This document shows positions 36,321-45,511 of a stretch of 64,000 nucleotides of DNA, piece after piece; position 1 is the stretch's first letter; each line of letters starts with the position of its first letter. The notes beneath the pieces are model-generated. The model did not search any database. It saw only the letters and a list, made by a program, of their open reading frames with translations, and was not told the DNA's origin. This DNA is from an uncultured Gemmatimonadales bacterium (GTDB taxonomy: Bacteria; Gemmatimonadota; Gemmatimonadetes; Gemmatimonadales; GWC2-71-9), in assembly GCA_963748815.1 (NCBI GenBank), contig CAVVKJ010000008.1, forward strand, positions 151,102-215,101, read 5' to 3'. The translations under genes and the position numbers were made by a program.

Positions 36321-38372
36321 ATGCTCGAGAGCCTCAAGTCCCGCCCGATCACGACGCTGCCCGACGCCATCACCTTTGACGGCCGGATCCTCTACCTGAC
36401 GGTGGACCCGGACCTGATCCGCGGCCAGCTCCAGGGCCGGGACCTCGCCTGGACCCCGGCCGTCCCGCTGCGTGACGACATCTCCACCGACGAGATCACT
36501 CCCGCATACATCTGCTACTACTACGACCAGACCCTGGGCGACTTCCCCTATCTGGGCCTCAAGTGTGGCGAGGAGTTTCCGATCACCCGCGGGTCGGTGC
36601 GGCAAGGGGGCTTCGTGGCCTCGGTCAGCGGCAAGCGGCGGGGGAAGGGGTCCAGCCGTGAACAGTCGCCCTATGCCGAGTTGATGGCCGGCATCAAGCT
36701 GGTGGTTGCCGAAAACATCGAGCGCATCTACCGGGAGAACTGCCAGAATCTCGGCGTGTTCACCAGCACCGACTTCTCCGTGCTCGACCGGGTGCGCCGC
36801 GGCGAGCCGATTCCGCTCTCGGTGTTCACCGACGGGGAAGGGGGCATCACCCGCGGCATCATCGAGCACGGCGGGCTCTTCCAGTACAACGTGGCGCGCA
36901 TGCAGGGCAAGGTGCGCGTCCCGGAAGTCACCACCAGGAAGCGCCCGATGACGATTGCAGAAAAGGTGCTGGCCCGCCGCTGGGTGACCGACCTGTCCGG
37001 CGACCGGGTCGGTGTTCCGTACGTCAAGCCGGGGGACGAAGGCTTCGTCCGCACCGACATCCGCTTCAGCCACGAGTACGTCACCCCGATGGCGGCCATT
37101 TTCTGGCGCGATTTCGTGGGAGCCGACGAGAAGGTGGTGGATCCCGAGTCGATCTTCTTCTTCCGCGATCACCTGACCTTCCTCGAACTGGCCATGACCG
37201 ACGCCCGGAAGGCGGAGGGGTTGCTCGACGTGGCGCTTGAGCTGAAGAAGAAGCAGGAGGAGTTCTCGGAGGAGCAGGGGATCAAGCTCTACGGCGAACT
37301 GCCCCGCACGGCGCTCAACAGCATCGTCCAGGGCTCCGAGGCCATTTGCCACTCCAAGATGTTGGAGCGGCACGTCCTGCCCGGGCAGGTGGTCATCGGG
37401 AGCGACTCCCACACCCCACACAGCGGCGCGGTCGGGTGCGTTGCCTTCGGCGTCGGCACCACGGCCATCTTCAATTCCTGGCTCACCAAGGACGTCCGCC
37501 TCAAGGTACCGCCCTCGGTGCTCATCCGGGTCAACGGCACCAAGCCCGCCAACGTGACGGCCAAGGACTTCATGCTGCAGATTCTGCGGCAGCCCTACGT
37601 GAAGAGCGGCCGGGCCATCGGCAAGATCGTCGAATACGCCGGCGAGGCGGTCCGGGCGCTGTCGATCGACGAGCGCGCCACGATGACCAACATGGCCGCG
37701 GAGGTCGGGGCGTTTACCGGCATCATCGCGCCGGACGCGGTGACGGTGGACTACCTCGCCCGCGAGCGGGGGCTGCCGCGCGCCGAGGTCGAGGCGATGC
37801 TCGAGGGCCTCTTTTCCGATCCCGACGCCGAGTACGAGGAAGTGATCGACATCGACGCGTCGGCGCTGCAGCCGATGATCGCCCTCCCCGGCGACCCGGG
37901 GAACGGGCAGTTCATCCGCGAGCTCGGCGAGCAGGTCAAGCTGGACATCGCCTACGCCGGGAGTTGCACCGCGGGCAAGAAGGAAGACATGGACATGTAC
38001 GCCGCCGTGCTGCGCGAGGCGGTGGACGCCGGGGAGCGCATCCACCCCGACGTGCGGTTCTATATCCAGTTCGGCAGTCAGGACGTGAAGCGGTATGCGG
38101 AGGAGCAGGGGTACGTGCGGATCTTCGAGGCGGTGGGGGCCGAGATCATCGAGCCGTCGTGCGGCGCCTGCATCAACGCCGGCCCGGGGGTGAGCTACGA
38201 CCGGAAGACCGTCACCGTCAGCGCCATCAATCGGAACTTCCCGGGCCGGTCGGGTCCCGGGCAGCTCTACCTGGCCAGCCCGTACACCACGGCCGCCAGC
38301 GCGCTGGCGGGTTACATCACCGGCTGGGAGCCCAGGGCCAGTTTCGCGGGGGCCAGCCCCGACTCGCGGTAG
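36321..38372 (+). CDS. Aconitase-family dehydratase, LeuD-like swivel domain fused N-terminal to LeuC-like domain
   Basis: DDISTDEITP and GSSRE (small subunit), then DSHT, GSCT, CGACIN, NRNFPGR (large subunit, Fe-S cysteines). Confidence 0.88.
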   Translation: MLESLKSRPITTLPDAITFDGRILYLTVDPDLIRGQLQGRDLAWTPAVPLRDDISTDEITPAYICYYYDQTLGDFPYLGLKCGEEFPITRGSVRQGGFVASVSGKRRGKGSSREQSPYAELMAGIKLVVAENIERIYRENCQNLGVFTSTDFSVLDRVRRGEPIPLSVFTDGEGGITRGIIEHGGLFQYNVARMQGKVRVPEVTTRKRPMTIAEKVLARRWVTDLSGDRVGVPYVKPGDEGFVRTDIRFSHEYVTPMAAIFWRDFVGADEKVVDPESIFFFRDHLTFLELAMTDARKAEGLLDVALELKKKQEEFSEEQGIKLYGELPRTALNSIVQGSEAICHSKMLERHVLPGQVVIGSDSHTPHSGAVGCVAFGVGTTAIFNSWLTKDVRLKVPPSVLIRVNGTKPANVTAKDFMLQILRQPYVKSGRAIGKIVEYAGEAVRALSIDERATMTNMAAEVGAFTGIIAPDAVTVDYLARERGLPRAEVEAMLEGLFSDPDAEYEEVIDIDASALQPMIALPGDPGNGQFIRELGEQVKLDIAYAGSCTAGKKEDMDMYAAVLREAVDAGERIHPDVRFYIQFGSQDVKRYAEEQGYVRIFEAVGAEIIEPSCGACINAGPGVSYDRKTVTVSAINRNFPGRSGPGQLYLASPYTTAASALAGYITGWEPRASFAGASPDSR

Positions 38373-39535
38373 TCGCTGCGGGGGTTCCACAGCACCCAGC
38401 TCTCGATCCCCACATCCGCCGCAGCCTGGATTTGCGCGCGGACGTGCTCCCCGGTGTAGCGCGGGGCCCCGAGCGTGAACGCCTGCAGGTAGGGACGAAT
38501 GCTGGCCGGGCGTTCGAGCGGTGCGCTCCGCCGGAGTCCGTCTTCCAGCGCGCGCCGGACCACGAGGTAGGGCTCCGCGTTGGGCGTCTGAGTGCCGTAC
38601 ATCCCCGGCGCATAGTGACTGGGATACACCATCGGCAGGACCACGTCCGACAATCCCACCAGGTCTTCCCATACCTGGCCGATGCCCATGTCACCCGTCA
38701 TGATCGTCGTCATCCCGAAGACATCGAGGGTCACGGGCACGTCGAAGGGGCGCATCCGCTCCCGCACCAGCATCAGGTTGCGCTGGACCCCGCCGCGGGT
38801 GGACTCGCCCGCGCGGCGCGCCGGGAAGACGGCGCTGGCCATCCGGCTCCGCGGCTCGTCCGGGAACCGCACGTAATCGAACTGCACTTCGGCGAATCCC
38901 ATCGCGACCGCCTCGGCGGCGAGCTGCGTGGCGTAAATCCACACCGAATCGTTGAAGGCGTCCACCCAGGCGGTCCCCCGCCGGTCCCGCCAGAGGCCGC
39001 CATCCGCGGTCTGGATGGCCCACGCCGGCTTCCGTTCCGCCAGGAGGGGATCCTTGGCGACCACGATCCGGGCGATCGGATAGATCCCGTGCGCCAGCAT
39101 CTCCCGGACGCGCGCCTCGGTGTCGCGGGCGCGCAGTTCCTTGTTGGCGCCGATCGCGATCGCGGTGGGCACCTTCGAGGGATAGGTGAGATAGCCGGTG
39201 TCGTCCTTGAGGTCGATGACCAGCGCGTTGACCTCGGTCTCGTCGGCCAGCCGGATCAGCTCCCGGAAGCGGCTGCCGCCGAATGCCCATGCGTTGACAT
39301 AGAGCGCGCGCACCTGGTCCGGCTGGCGGACCAGCGGCGGGCTGGGCCAGGGGGAGTGAAGGTGAGACGGGAGTGCAGGGAGCGGGGCGAGGAAATCGAT
39401 CCCGTAGCTGCCCGGCAACTCCGAATGCCACTGCCCTTCCTGGGCCGCGGCGGGGATGCCGAGGATTGCACTCAGTGCCACGACGAAGCACAGGGCTGGA
39501 CCGCGCACAGGGACGCTCCGGCCCCGGGGGGCCAT
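38312..39535 (-). CDS. Putative glycoside hydrolase (DUF4015-like TIM barrel), secreted
   Basis: NALVIDLKDDTG, YPIARIV, EVQFDYVRFPD, PMVYPSHY, RPYLQAF; signal peptide. Confidence 0.8.
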   Translation of the reverse strand: MAPRGRSVPVRGPALCFVVALSAILGIPAAAQEGQWHSELPGSYGIDFLAPLPALPSHLHSPWPSPPLVRQPDQVRALYVNAWAFGGSRFRELIRLADETEVNALVIDLKDDTGYLTYPSKVPTAIAIGANKELRARDTEARVREMLAHGIYPIARIVVAKDPLLAERKPAWAIQTADGGLWRDRRGTAWVDAFNDSVWIYATQLAAEAVAMGFAEVQFDYVRFPDEPRSRMASAVFPARRAGESTRGGVQRNLMLVRERMRPFDVPVTLDVFGMTTIMTGDMGIGQVWEDLVGLSDVVLPMVYPSHYAPGMYGTQTPNAEPYLVVRRALEDGLRRSAPLERPASIRPYLQAFTLGAPRYTGEHVRAQIQAAADVGIESWVLWNPRSDYRESGLAPAKLALGSQPVM

Positions 39536-39579
39536 TGCAGGACGCCAGTTGTCGTGCAGGGGGTCAGGGTGGGCGAGCG

Positions 39580-41019
39580 CTAGGAGCCGATGATCCTGAT
39601 GTCGGCCCGGCGGTTCTCCGCGGGGGCCGCGTTCGGGTCGGCCCCGGTGGAACCTGCGCCGCGTGCCTGCAGTTGCTGGGGGCTGACGCCCTTGCTGAGC
39701 AGGTAATTCCTGACGGCATCGGCGCGGGCCGCGGAAAGCTGAAGGTTGGCCGTCTGGGAGGAGGCATCGTCGGCGTGACCGACGATCTCCACCGCGAGTC
39801 GCTGGTCGGCCTTGAGCACGCCGATCACCGAGTCGAGAACGGGCAGGGCAGCACCGCCGATGGTGCTGCTCTGGGGGGCAAACGCCGTGCCGGGCACCGT
39901 CCAGGGGCCTGGCGCCGGCGCCGTCGCGACGGCGGCCGCGCCAGCGGCTGCACCGACGGCGACTGCAGTGGGCGAGGGGGTCGGCGGCGTGGCGGAGGGT
40001 GGGCAGCCGAAACTGTTGACGGTGGCGCCCGCCGGCGAACTCGGACATTGATCGACGCCGTCCGGCACCTTGTCGTTGTCGGAATCGCCGGGACAGCCAA
40101 GCGCGTCTACCGTGGCGCCCGCCGGCGTCGCGGGACAGCGGTCCAGCCCGTCCGGCACGCCGTCGGTATCGGCGTCGGTGGGGCAGCCGGTCGCGTCCAC
40201 CTGTGCCCCCGCCGCCGTGTCCGCGCACTGGTCGACGCCGTCCACCACTCCGTCCTTGTCGGTGTCGCTGGGGCAGCCGGCCGGGTTCACGGTCGCGCCG
40301 GCCGGCGTATTCGGGCAGCGGTCGAGGCCGTCCGGAACGGCGTCGCCGTCGGTGTCGGAGGGACAGCCCTGCTTGTTGACGATGGCGCCGACCGGCGTGT
40401 CGGGACACTTGTCCTTCCGATCGAACACCCCGTCCCGGTCGCTGTCGATCAGTGGGCGGCTCCCCACCATGAACGCCAGCCCGAGGCTGCCGACGATGTT
40501 GTCGAAAGAGTCGAGGTCGCTGTTGCGCTGGTAGTCGACTTCGCCGCGGATCATGATGGTCGGAGAGAGGGCCGCCCGGAATCCGCCCCCAAGCACGAAT
40601 TCGGACGCGGAGCCGCAGGGCCCCGAGCCGGGCACGGAGACGGCCGGGCAGCTGTCGCCGTACTTGGTCGTGCCGAGCCCGGCCTTCAGGAAGAGGGAGC
40701 TCGATTCACCGGCGCGGATGTTGTAGAGGAGCGATGCGGTGCCGGAGAGGACGCTGGTGGACGCGCCGTTGGCGGCCTTCGGGTTGGAGGTCAGCCCTTC
40801 GAGTTCGATCCCGAGACTCATCGGGAGCCAGAACCCGGCGCGCAGCGCGCCCCCGAACCCCGCGTCGAGGTCGGTGACCGAGGCGAAAGACGTGACGGCG
40901 CCCGCCGCGCCGAGTTCCAGGAGGTACTGGCGCCGCTGGGCGAGGAGCGGCGTGGCGAGGAGGAGGAACAGGGCGGTGAGCGCCAGGGCGCGCGGGCGGA
41001 GGGTCGGCATCGCCTTCAT
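39580..41019 (-). CDS. OmpA family protein with thrombospondin type 3-like Ca-binding repeats
   Basis: N-terminal beta-barrel, five DxDxDGVxDxxDxCP repeats, LSAARADAVRNYL and NRR OmpA C-domain. Confidence 0.9.
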   Translation of the reverse strand: MKAMPTLRPRALALTALFLLLATPLLAQRRQYLLELGAAGAVTSFASVTDLDAGFGGALRAGFWLPMSLGIELEGLTSNPKAANGASTSVLSGTASLLYNIRAGESSSLFLKAGLGTTKYGDSCPAVSVPGSGPCGSASEFVLGGGFRAALSPTIMIRGEVDYQRNSDLDSFDNIVGSLGLAFMVGSRPLIDSDRDGVFDRKDKCPDTPVGAIVNKQGCPSDTDGDAVPDGLDRCPNTPAGATVNPAGCPSDTDKDGVVDGVDQCADTAAGAQVDATGCPTDADTDGVPDGLDRCPATPAGATVDALGCPGDSDNDKVPDGVDQCPSSPAGATVNSFGCPPSATPPTPSPTAVAVGAAAGAAAVATAPAPGPWTVPGTAFAPQSSTIGGAALPVLDSVIGVLKADQRLAVEIVGHADDASSQTANLQLSAARADAVRNYLLSKGVSPQQLQARGAGSTGADPNAAPAENRRADIRIIGS

Positions 41020-41134
41020 AGATACGGGCGGAACGTGAGCGGGGCAAGCGCCCCGCTTGGAAAGCGCGCCGTGCCGCGCTACGATTGACGGACGGTGCTA
41101 CACGCCGGTCCCCCCCCACCCACGGGATGTGCAG

Positions 41135-41365
41135 ATGAAATTCACCATCCAGTTCTGCGTCGTTTGAAACTATCGCCCCCGGGCCGCCGGTCTGGCGGTC
41201 GAGCTGGAGCGGGAGTTTCCCGGCGCCGAAGTCCGGTTGATCGAGTCGTCCGGCGGGCTCTTTGAGGTGACGATGGACGGCCGACTCATCTTCTCGAAGC
41301 AGTCGCTCAAGCGTCACGCCGAACCGGGCGAGGTACTTCGCCTGGCGCGTGAGGCGCAGGGCTGA
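41135..41365 (+). CDS. Rdx family (SelT/SelW/SelH-like) selenoprotein, CxxU
   Basis: MKFTIQFCVV-TGA(41165)-NYRPRAAGLAVEL...SSGGLFEVTMDGRLIFSK; Rdx motifs run through the in-frame TGA; 76 aa. Confidence 0.9.
41182..41200 (+). promoter_or_regulatory. Bacterial SECIS-like hairpin
   Basis: ggccgcc-ggtct-ggcggtc starts ~15 nt after UGA; the GGUCU apical sequence resembles the E. coli fdhF SECIS. Confidence 0.7.
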
Positions 41366-41370
41366 GCCGC

Positions 41371-42450
41371 GTGCGGATCGCCATCTCGACCGGCGGAGGA
41401 GACGCGCCGGGCCTCAACGCCGTCATCCGGGCCGTCGTCCTGGCCGCGCACCAGCGCGGCTGGCAGTGCTACGGGATCCGGCGCGGTTTCGGCGGGCTGC
41501 TTGGCAACGACGGCATCATGACGCTCAACACCGCCGCCGTCCGCGGCATCACCCACCTCGGCGGCACGATCCTCGGCACCACCAATCGCGGGAACCCCTT
41601 CCGCTGGGCCACCCCGCAGCCCGACGGGACCGCCGTCGAGGTCGACCGGTCAGGCGACCTCGTCGCTGCCTTCCGCGCCAGCGGATTCGACGCGCTCGTC
41701 TCGATCGGCGGCGACGGCAGCCTGAAGATCGCGCATGATCTCTGGATGCAGGGGCTGCCCGTGGTCGGGGTGCCGAAGACCATCGACAACGACGTCGAGG
41801 GCACCCTGGTGACCTTCGGATTCGACAGCGCGGTGACGACCGCCACCGAGGCGATCGACAAGCTCCACACCACCGCGGAGAGTCACGACCGGGTGATGGT
41901 GGTGGAGTTGATGGGGCGGGACGCCGGATGGATCGCGCTCCACAGCGGCGTGTCCTCCTCGGCGGACGTGATTCTGCTCCCGGAAATCCCGTTTGACATC
42001 GAGCGGGTGTGCGATGCCATCCGCCAGCGCGAGGCCAGCGGGCGGCACTACAGCATCGTGGTGGTGGCGGAAGGCGCGCGGCCGAAGGGCGGGGACGCCC
42101 TGCTGGTCGAACGACGGGCGGCGGGGACGGTGGACCGGCTCGGCGGCATCGGGAGCAGGGTGGCGGCGGCCATCGCCGAGCGAACCGGCAAGGAGACCCG
42201 CACGCTGGTGCTTGGGCACCTGCAGCGGGGTGGAAGTCCGACGACGTTCGACCGGCACCTGGCGCTCCGGTTCGGCACGGCGGCGGTGCGCGCCATTGCG
42301 GACGAAAAGTTCGGTACGATGGTGGCCTACACGCCGCCCACCATCTCCACCGTGCCGATGGCGGACGTCATCGGCCGGAGCAAGCACGTCCCGCTCGACT
42401 CGGACACCATCCAGACCGCGCGGGACATCGGCATCAGCCTCGGCGACTGA
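41371..42450 (+). CDS. pfkA: 6-phosphofructokinase
   Basis: TGGGDAPGLN, GGTILGT, GGDGS, PKTIDND, ELMGRDAGW, LGHLQRGG. Confidence 0.93.
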   Translation: MRIAISTGGGDAPGLNAVIRAVVLAAHQRGWQCYGIRRGFGGLLGNDGIMTLNTAAVRGITHLGGTILGTTNRGNPFRWATPQPDGTAVEVDRSGDLVAAFRASGFDALVSIGGDGSLKIAHDLWMQGLPVVGVPKTIDNDVEGTLVTFGFDSAVTTATEAIDKLHTTAESHDRVMVVELMGRDAGWIALHSGVSSSADVILLPEIPFDIERVCDAIRQREASGRHYSIVVVAEGARPKGGDALLVERRAAGTVDRLGGIGSRVAAAIAERTGKETRTLVLGHLQRGGSPTTFDRHLALRFGTAAVRAIADEKFGTMVAYTPPTISTVPMADVIGRSKHVPLDSDTIQTARDIGISLGD

Positions 42451-42467
42451 TCCGCCGCTCCCCGCCG

Positions 42468-43037
42468 CTACCATCCGCCATCCAGGAATCGCCCCACGAT
42501 CCGGTGCCCCACCCCGGTGAGCACCGACTCGGGGTGGAACTGCGTGCCGACGACCGGATGCGCGCGGTGCCGGACCGCCATGATCTCCCCATCCTCCGCC
42601 GTGCCGGTGACCAGCAGCTCCGTCGGCAGCGAGGCGCGCTCCAGCGCGAGGGAGTGATACCGTGTGGCCTTGAACGGGTTGGGGAGGCCGGCAAAGAGTC
42701 CGGTCCCGTCGTGCGAAATGTCCGAGGTCTTGCCGTGCATCGGGCGGCCCGCACGGACCACCCGCGCGCCGTAGGCGGCTCCGATGGCCTGGTGTCCCAG
42801 GCACACGCCGAGGATCGGGTGGGTGGGGCCGAATCGCCGGACGACATCCACCGAGATGCCGGCCTCGGAGGGCGTGCACGGCCCGGGGGAGATGATGATG
42901 TGGGACGGTGCCAGTGCGGCAATCTCGTCGAGTGTAATCGCGTCGCTCCGGCGCACCAGCGGCTCCCGGCCCAGCTCGCGGACGTAGCGCGCCAGGTTCC
43001 AGACGAAGGAGTCGTAGTTGTCGAGGAGGAGGATCAC
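42468..43037 (-). CDS. pabA: Aminodeoxychorismate/anthranilate synthase glutamine amidotransferase component
   Basis: LLDNYDSF, SPGPCTP, GVCLGHQ, RYHSL, QFHPES; GTG overlaps pabB stop. Confidence 0.9.
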   Translation of the reverse strand: MILLLDNYDSFVWNLARYVRELGREPLVRRSDAITLDEIAALAPSHIIISPGPCTPSEAGISVDVVRRFGPTHPILGVCLGHQAIGAAYGARVVRAGRPMHGKTSDISHDGTGLFAGLPNPFKATRYHSLALERASLPTELLVTGTAEDGEIMAVRHRAHPVVGTQFHPESVLTGVGHRIVGRFLDGGW

Positions 43038-44416
43038 GGCGGCGACTCGAACGCGTGCCGGATGCCGGCGGCCTTGTCGAGCGTCTCCTGGTATTCGAGC
43101 GCGGCTTCGGAATCGGCCACGATGCCGCCGCCGGCGTGGAAATAGGCCTGCCCCCCCTGCAGGGTGACGGTCCGGATGGCGATGCTGGTGTCCATGGCGC
43201 CGGTCACGCTGAGCCAGCCGATCATACCGCAGTAGACGCCGCGCGCCACCGGCTCGAGCTCCGCCAGGATTTCCATGGCACGCACCTTTGGCGCGCCGGT
43301 GATCGACCCGCCGGGAAAGGACGCGCGGAGCAGGTCGGTTGCGGTCCGACCCGAGTCGAGGCGGCCGGTCACGACCGACTCGAGGTGATGTACGGTCGGG
43401 TGGCTCTCCAGCGCACAGAGCGCGGGGACCTCCACCGATCCGGGCTGGCACACTTTCGAGAGGTCGTTCCGCAGCAGGTCGACGATCATCACGTTCTCGG
43501 CCCGGTCCTTCTCGCTCGCCAGGAGCTCGTCGGCGAGCCGCCGATCCTCGGCGGGTGTCGCCCCCCGGGGGCGGGTCCCCTTGATCGGGCGGGTCTCGAC
43601 GTTGCCCGCCACGTCCACCGAGAGGAATCGCTCCGGCGAGGCACTGGCCACGGCAAAGCCGGCTCCCTGCAGGTAGGCGGCGAACGGCGCCGGATTCGCG
43701 GCAATGAGCCGTCGGTAGAAGTCGAACGGTGCGCCGGCCCACGGCGTCACGAAACGCTGGGAGAGGTTGGCCTGGAAGATGTCGCCGGCGAGGATGTACT
43801 GCCGCACCCGCTCGACGGCGCGCAGGTATTCGTCCCGCGTGAAGCCGGACTGGAATGTCGCCGGTGACTCGGCGGATCTGTCGGCACGGCGGATCGGACG
43901 GGCCATTCAATCGCCGGACGATATCGTCCCGGATCCGTCGCATGCCCGCGGCCCGTCCCCGCGTCCCCGCGTCCCCGCGTCCCCGCGCTCCCTCGCCATC
44001 ACCCAGGTCCTTCCTTCGAGATGGTCCCACGCAATCACCCACTCATACGCACCGAACCAGGCATCCGGCAGCTTCAGATCATCCGCGCGTGGTTCCGGCA
44101 GCCGCTCCAGGCGCCGGCCGAACTCGTAGCCGAGGAAGCCGGCCACGCCGCCCTGGAAGGGAGGAAGCCCGGCGATTGGATCCTGCCGGTTGGCGGCGAG
44201 GTAGTCCGACACTTCCTGCAAGACATCCCGGTCGTCGGCGGGATGGCTGGTCCAGATGCGGGAGGGATCGGCGGTGAGGTAGGAATAGCGGCTCAGCGCC
44301 GTGCCGCGGGCCGAACTTTCGAAGAGGAGCGGGTAGGGGAGATCAAGCAGCCGTGCGCAGGCGTCGGCAGGGGAAGGCGCGTCCTGCAGCTCCTCAACGA
44401 GGACCGGCTGCGGAAT
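43034..44416 (-). CDS. pabB: Aminodeoxychorismate synthase component I; interrupted near 43907-43990; possible ATT start
   Basis: N-part LLFESS..SRYSYL..FQGGVAGFLGYE; C-part GDIFQANLS, SPERFL, PIKGT, AENVMIVDLLRND, FPGGSITGAPK; in-frame TGA at 43907-43909. Confidence 0.85.
43955..43986. repeat. (GTCCCCGC)4 tandem octamer inside pabB
   Basis: Four perfect copies counted directly. Confidence 0.85.
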
Positions 44417-44417
44417 C

Positions 44418-44765
44418 TCAGCGCTCCTTGACGAACTTGCGTGTCGTGCCGCGAAGGGCGGATTCCCTGCCCGGGCGCCAGAGCACGACCTCGTCGATCT
44501 TGCGCGCCAATTCCAGGTCCTTGTCCGTCACGCCCCCGGCGGTGTGCGTGTTCAGGCGGACGCTCAACTTGCCCCAACTGACGGTCAGGTCGGGGTGGTG
44601 GTCGGCCGCCTCGCAGAGAAAGCCGATGGCGTTGACGGCCATGAGCGTCGTGGGCCAGCCATCGGTCTCGTAGAACCGGATGATCGAGTCCTCCTGGAAC
44701 TCCCAGCCGGCCGGGAGGCGATCACCGAGGTTGGACAGGTCCCAGGTCCGCTCTTTCCCGCTCAT
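44418..44765 (-). CDS. Pterin-4-alpha-carbinolamine dehydratase
   Basis: EAADHHPDL, THTAGGVTDKDLELA. Confidence 0.9.
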   Translation of the reverse strand: MSGKERTWDLSNLGDRLPAGWEFQEDSIIRFYETDGWPTTLMAVNAIGFLCEAADHHPDLTVSWGKLSVRLNTHTAGGVTDKDLELARKIDEVVLWRPGRESALRGTTRKFVKER

Positions 44766-44768
44766 CGG

Positions 44769-45272
44769 TCAGTCCTTTCCGTCGAAGCGCACGCTGAATC
44801 CGGCGGACTGCCCGGGGCTCTCTTCCACCTCGATGTCGAGCCGCGTCAGGTGGCTGTGTCCCTCGGCCAGCAGGGCGTCCCGCACCTGGACCGCGAAGTA
44901 CTCGGCGAGCATCTCCACCGTGGTGTTCTTGACCGGGACCAGCGCCACGTCGCTCCTGGGGAAGACGAAGCGGCCCTTGCCGAAGTAGTCGACGATCACC
45001 GCGTCGTGTTCCTCCCGGAGCCCGATCTTCTCGTTCTGGGTGGGGAGGAGGACCTTGTGGTCCACCGCATCCACCATCGGCTTGATCAGCTGCTTCAGGA
45101 CCGCGAAGTCGAGCACGAACAGGCACTCGCTGTCCACGTCCCCCTCGACCACCACGGCGAGGCGGTAGTTGTGGCCGTGCAGCGACTCGCACTTGTGGCC
45201 GCGGAAGGTGATGAAATGCGCCGAGGAGAAGGAGAGATAGTCCTTGGCGACGGAAACCCGGTAGGAACGCAC
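44769..45272 (-). CDS. queD: 6-pyruvoyl-tetrahydropterin synthase family (QueD/PTPS, CExxHGH motif)
   Basis: FSSAHF, CESLHGHNY, TTVEMLA, VEES. Confidence 0.85.
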   Translation of the reverse strand: MRSYRVSVAKDYLSFSSAHFITFRGHKCESLHGHNYRLAVVVEGDVDSECLFVLDFAVLKQLIKPMVDAVDHKVLLPTQNEKIGLREEHDAVIVDYFGKGRFVFPRSDVALVPVKNTTVEMLAEYFAVQVRDALLAEGHSHLTRLDIEVEESPGQSAGFSVRFDGKD

Positions 45273-45454
45273 GCGCAATAGTCCTGGTCGAGGGAAGCGG
45301 AGGCCCAAAGGTAGGCCGCCGGCGTCCTCGAGTCGAGGGGAGTGTGCTCGGCGTCACGTGGATTCCAGCGGCGGAGCGTGAAGCGTCCTCCTCCGCGGAC
45401 ACTGCGCAGGCTCGGCAGAAAGCGTAAGCTGTTGTGCCGTAACCGGTTTCGCAG

Positions 45455-45472
45455 TTGGCACGCACCTCGCTT
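45455..45472 (+). promoter_or_regulatory. Putative sigma54 -24/-12 promoter
   Basis: TTGGCACGCACCTCGCTT has GG-N10-GC spacing, 40 nt upstream of ATG 45512. Confidence 0.6.
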
Positions 45473-45511
45473 TTGGCCATGGCGTCTCCAACAGAGAAGC
45501 TCGGAGGTTTC

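Noticed and set aside
40000..40450. Regularly spaced DNA repeats resembling an array
   Set aside because: They encode TSP3-like protein repeats in OmpA; not CRISPR
43907..43909. pabB in-frame TGA as selenocysteine
   Set aside because: Lies in a non-catalytic linker with no Cys-equivalent known and no convincing SECIS; an indel explanation is simpler
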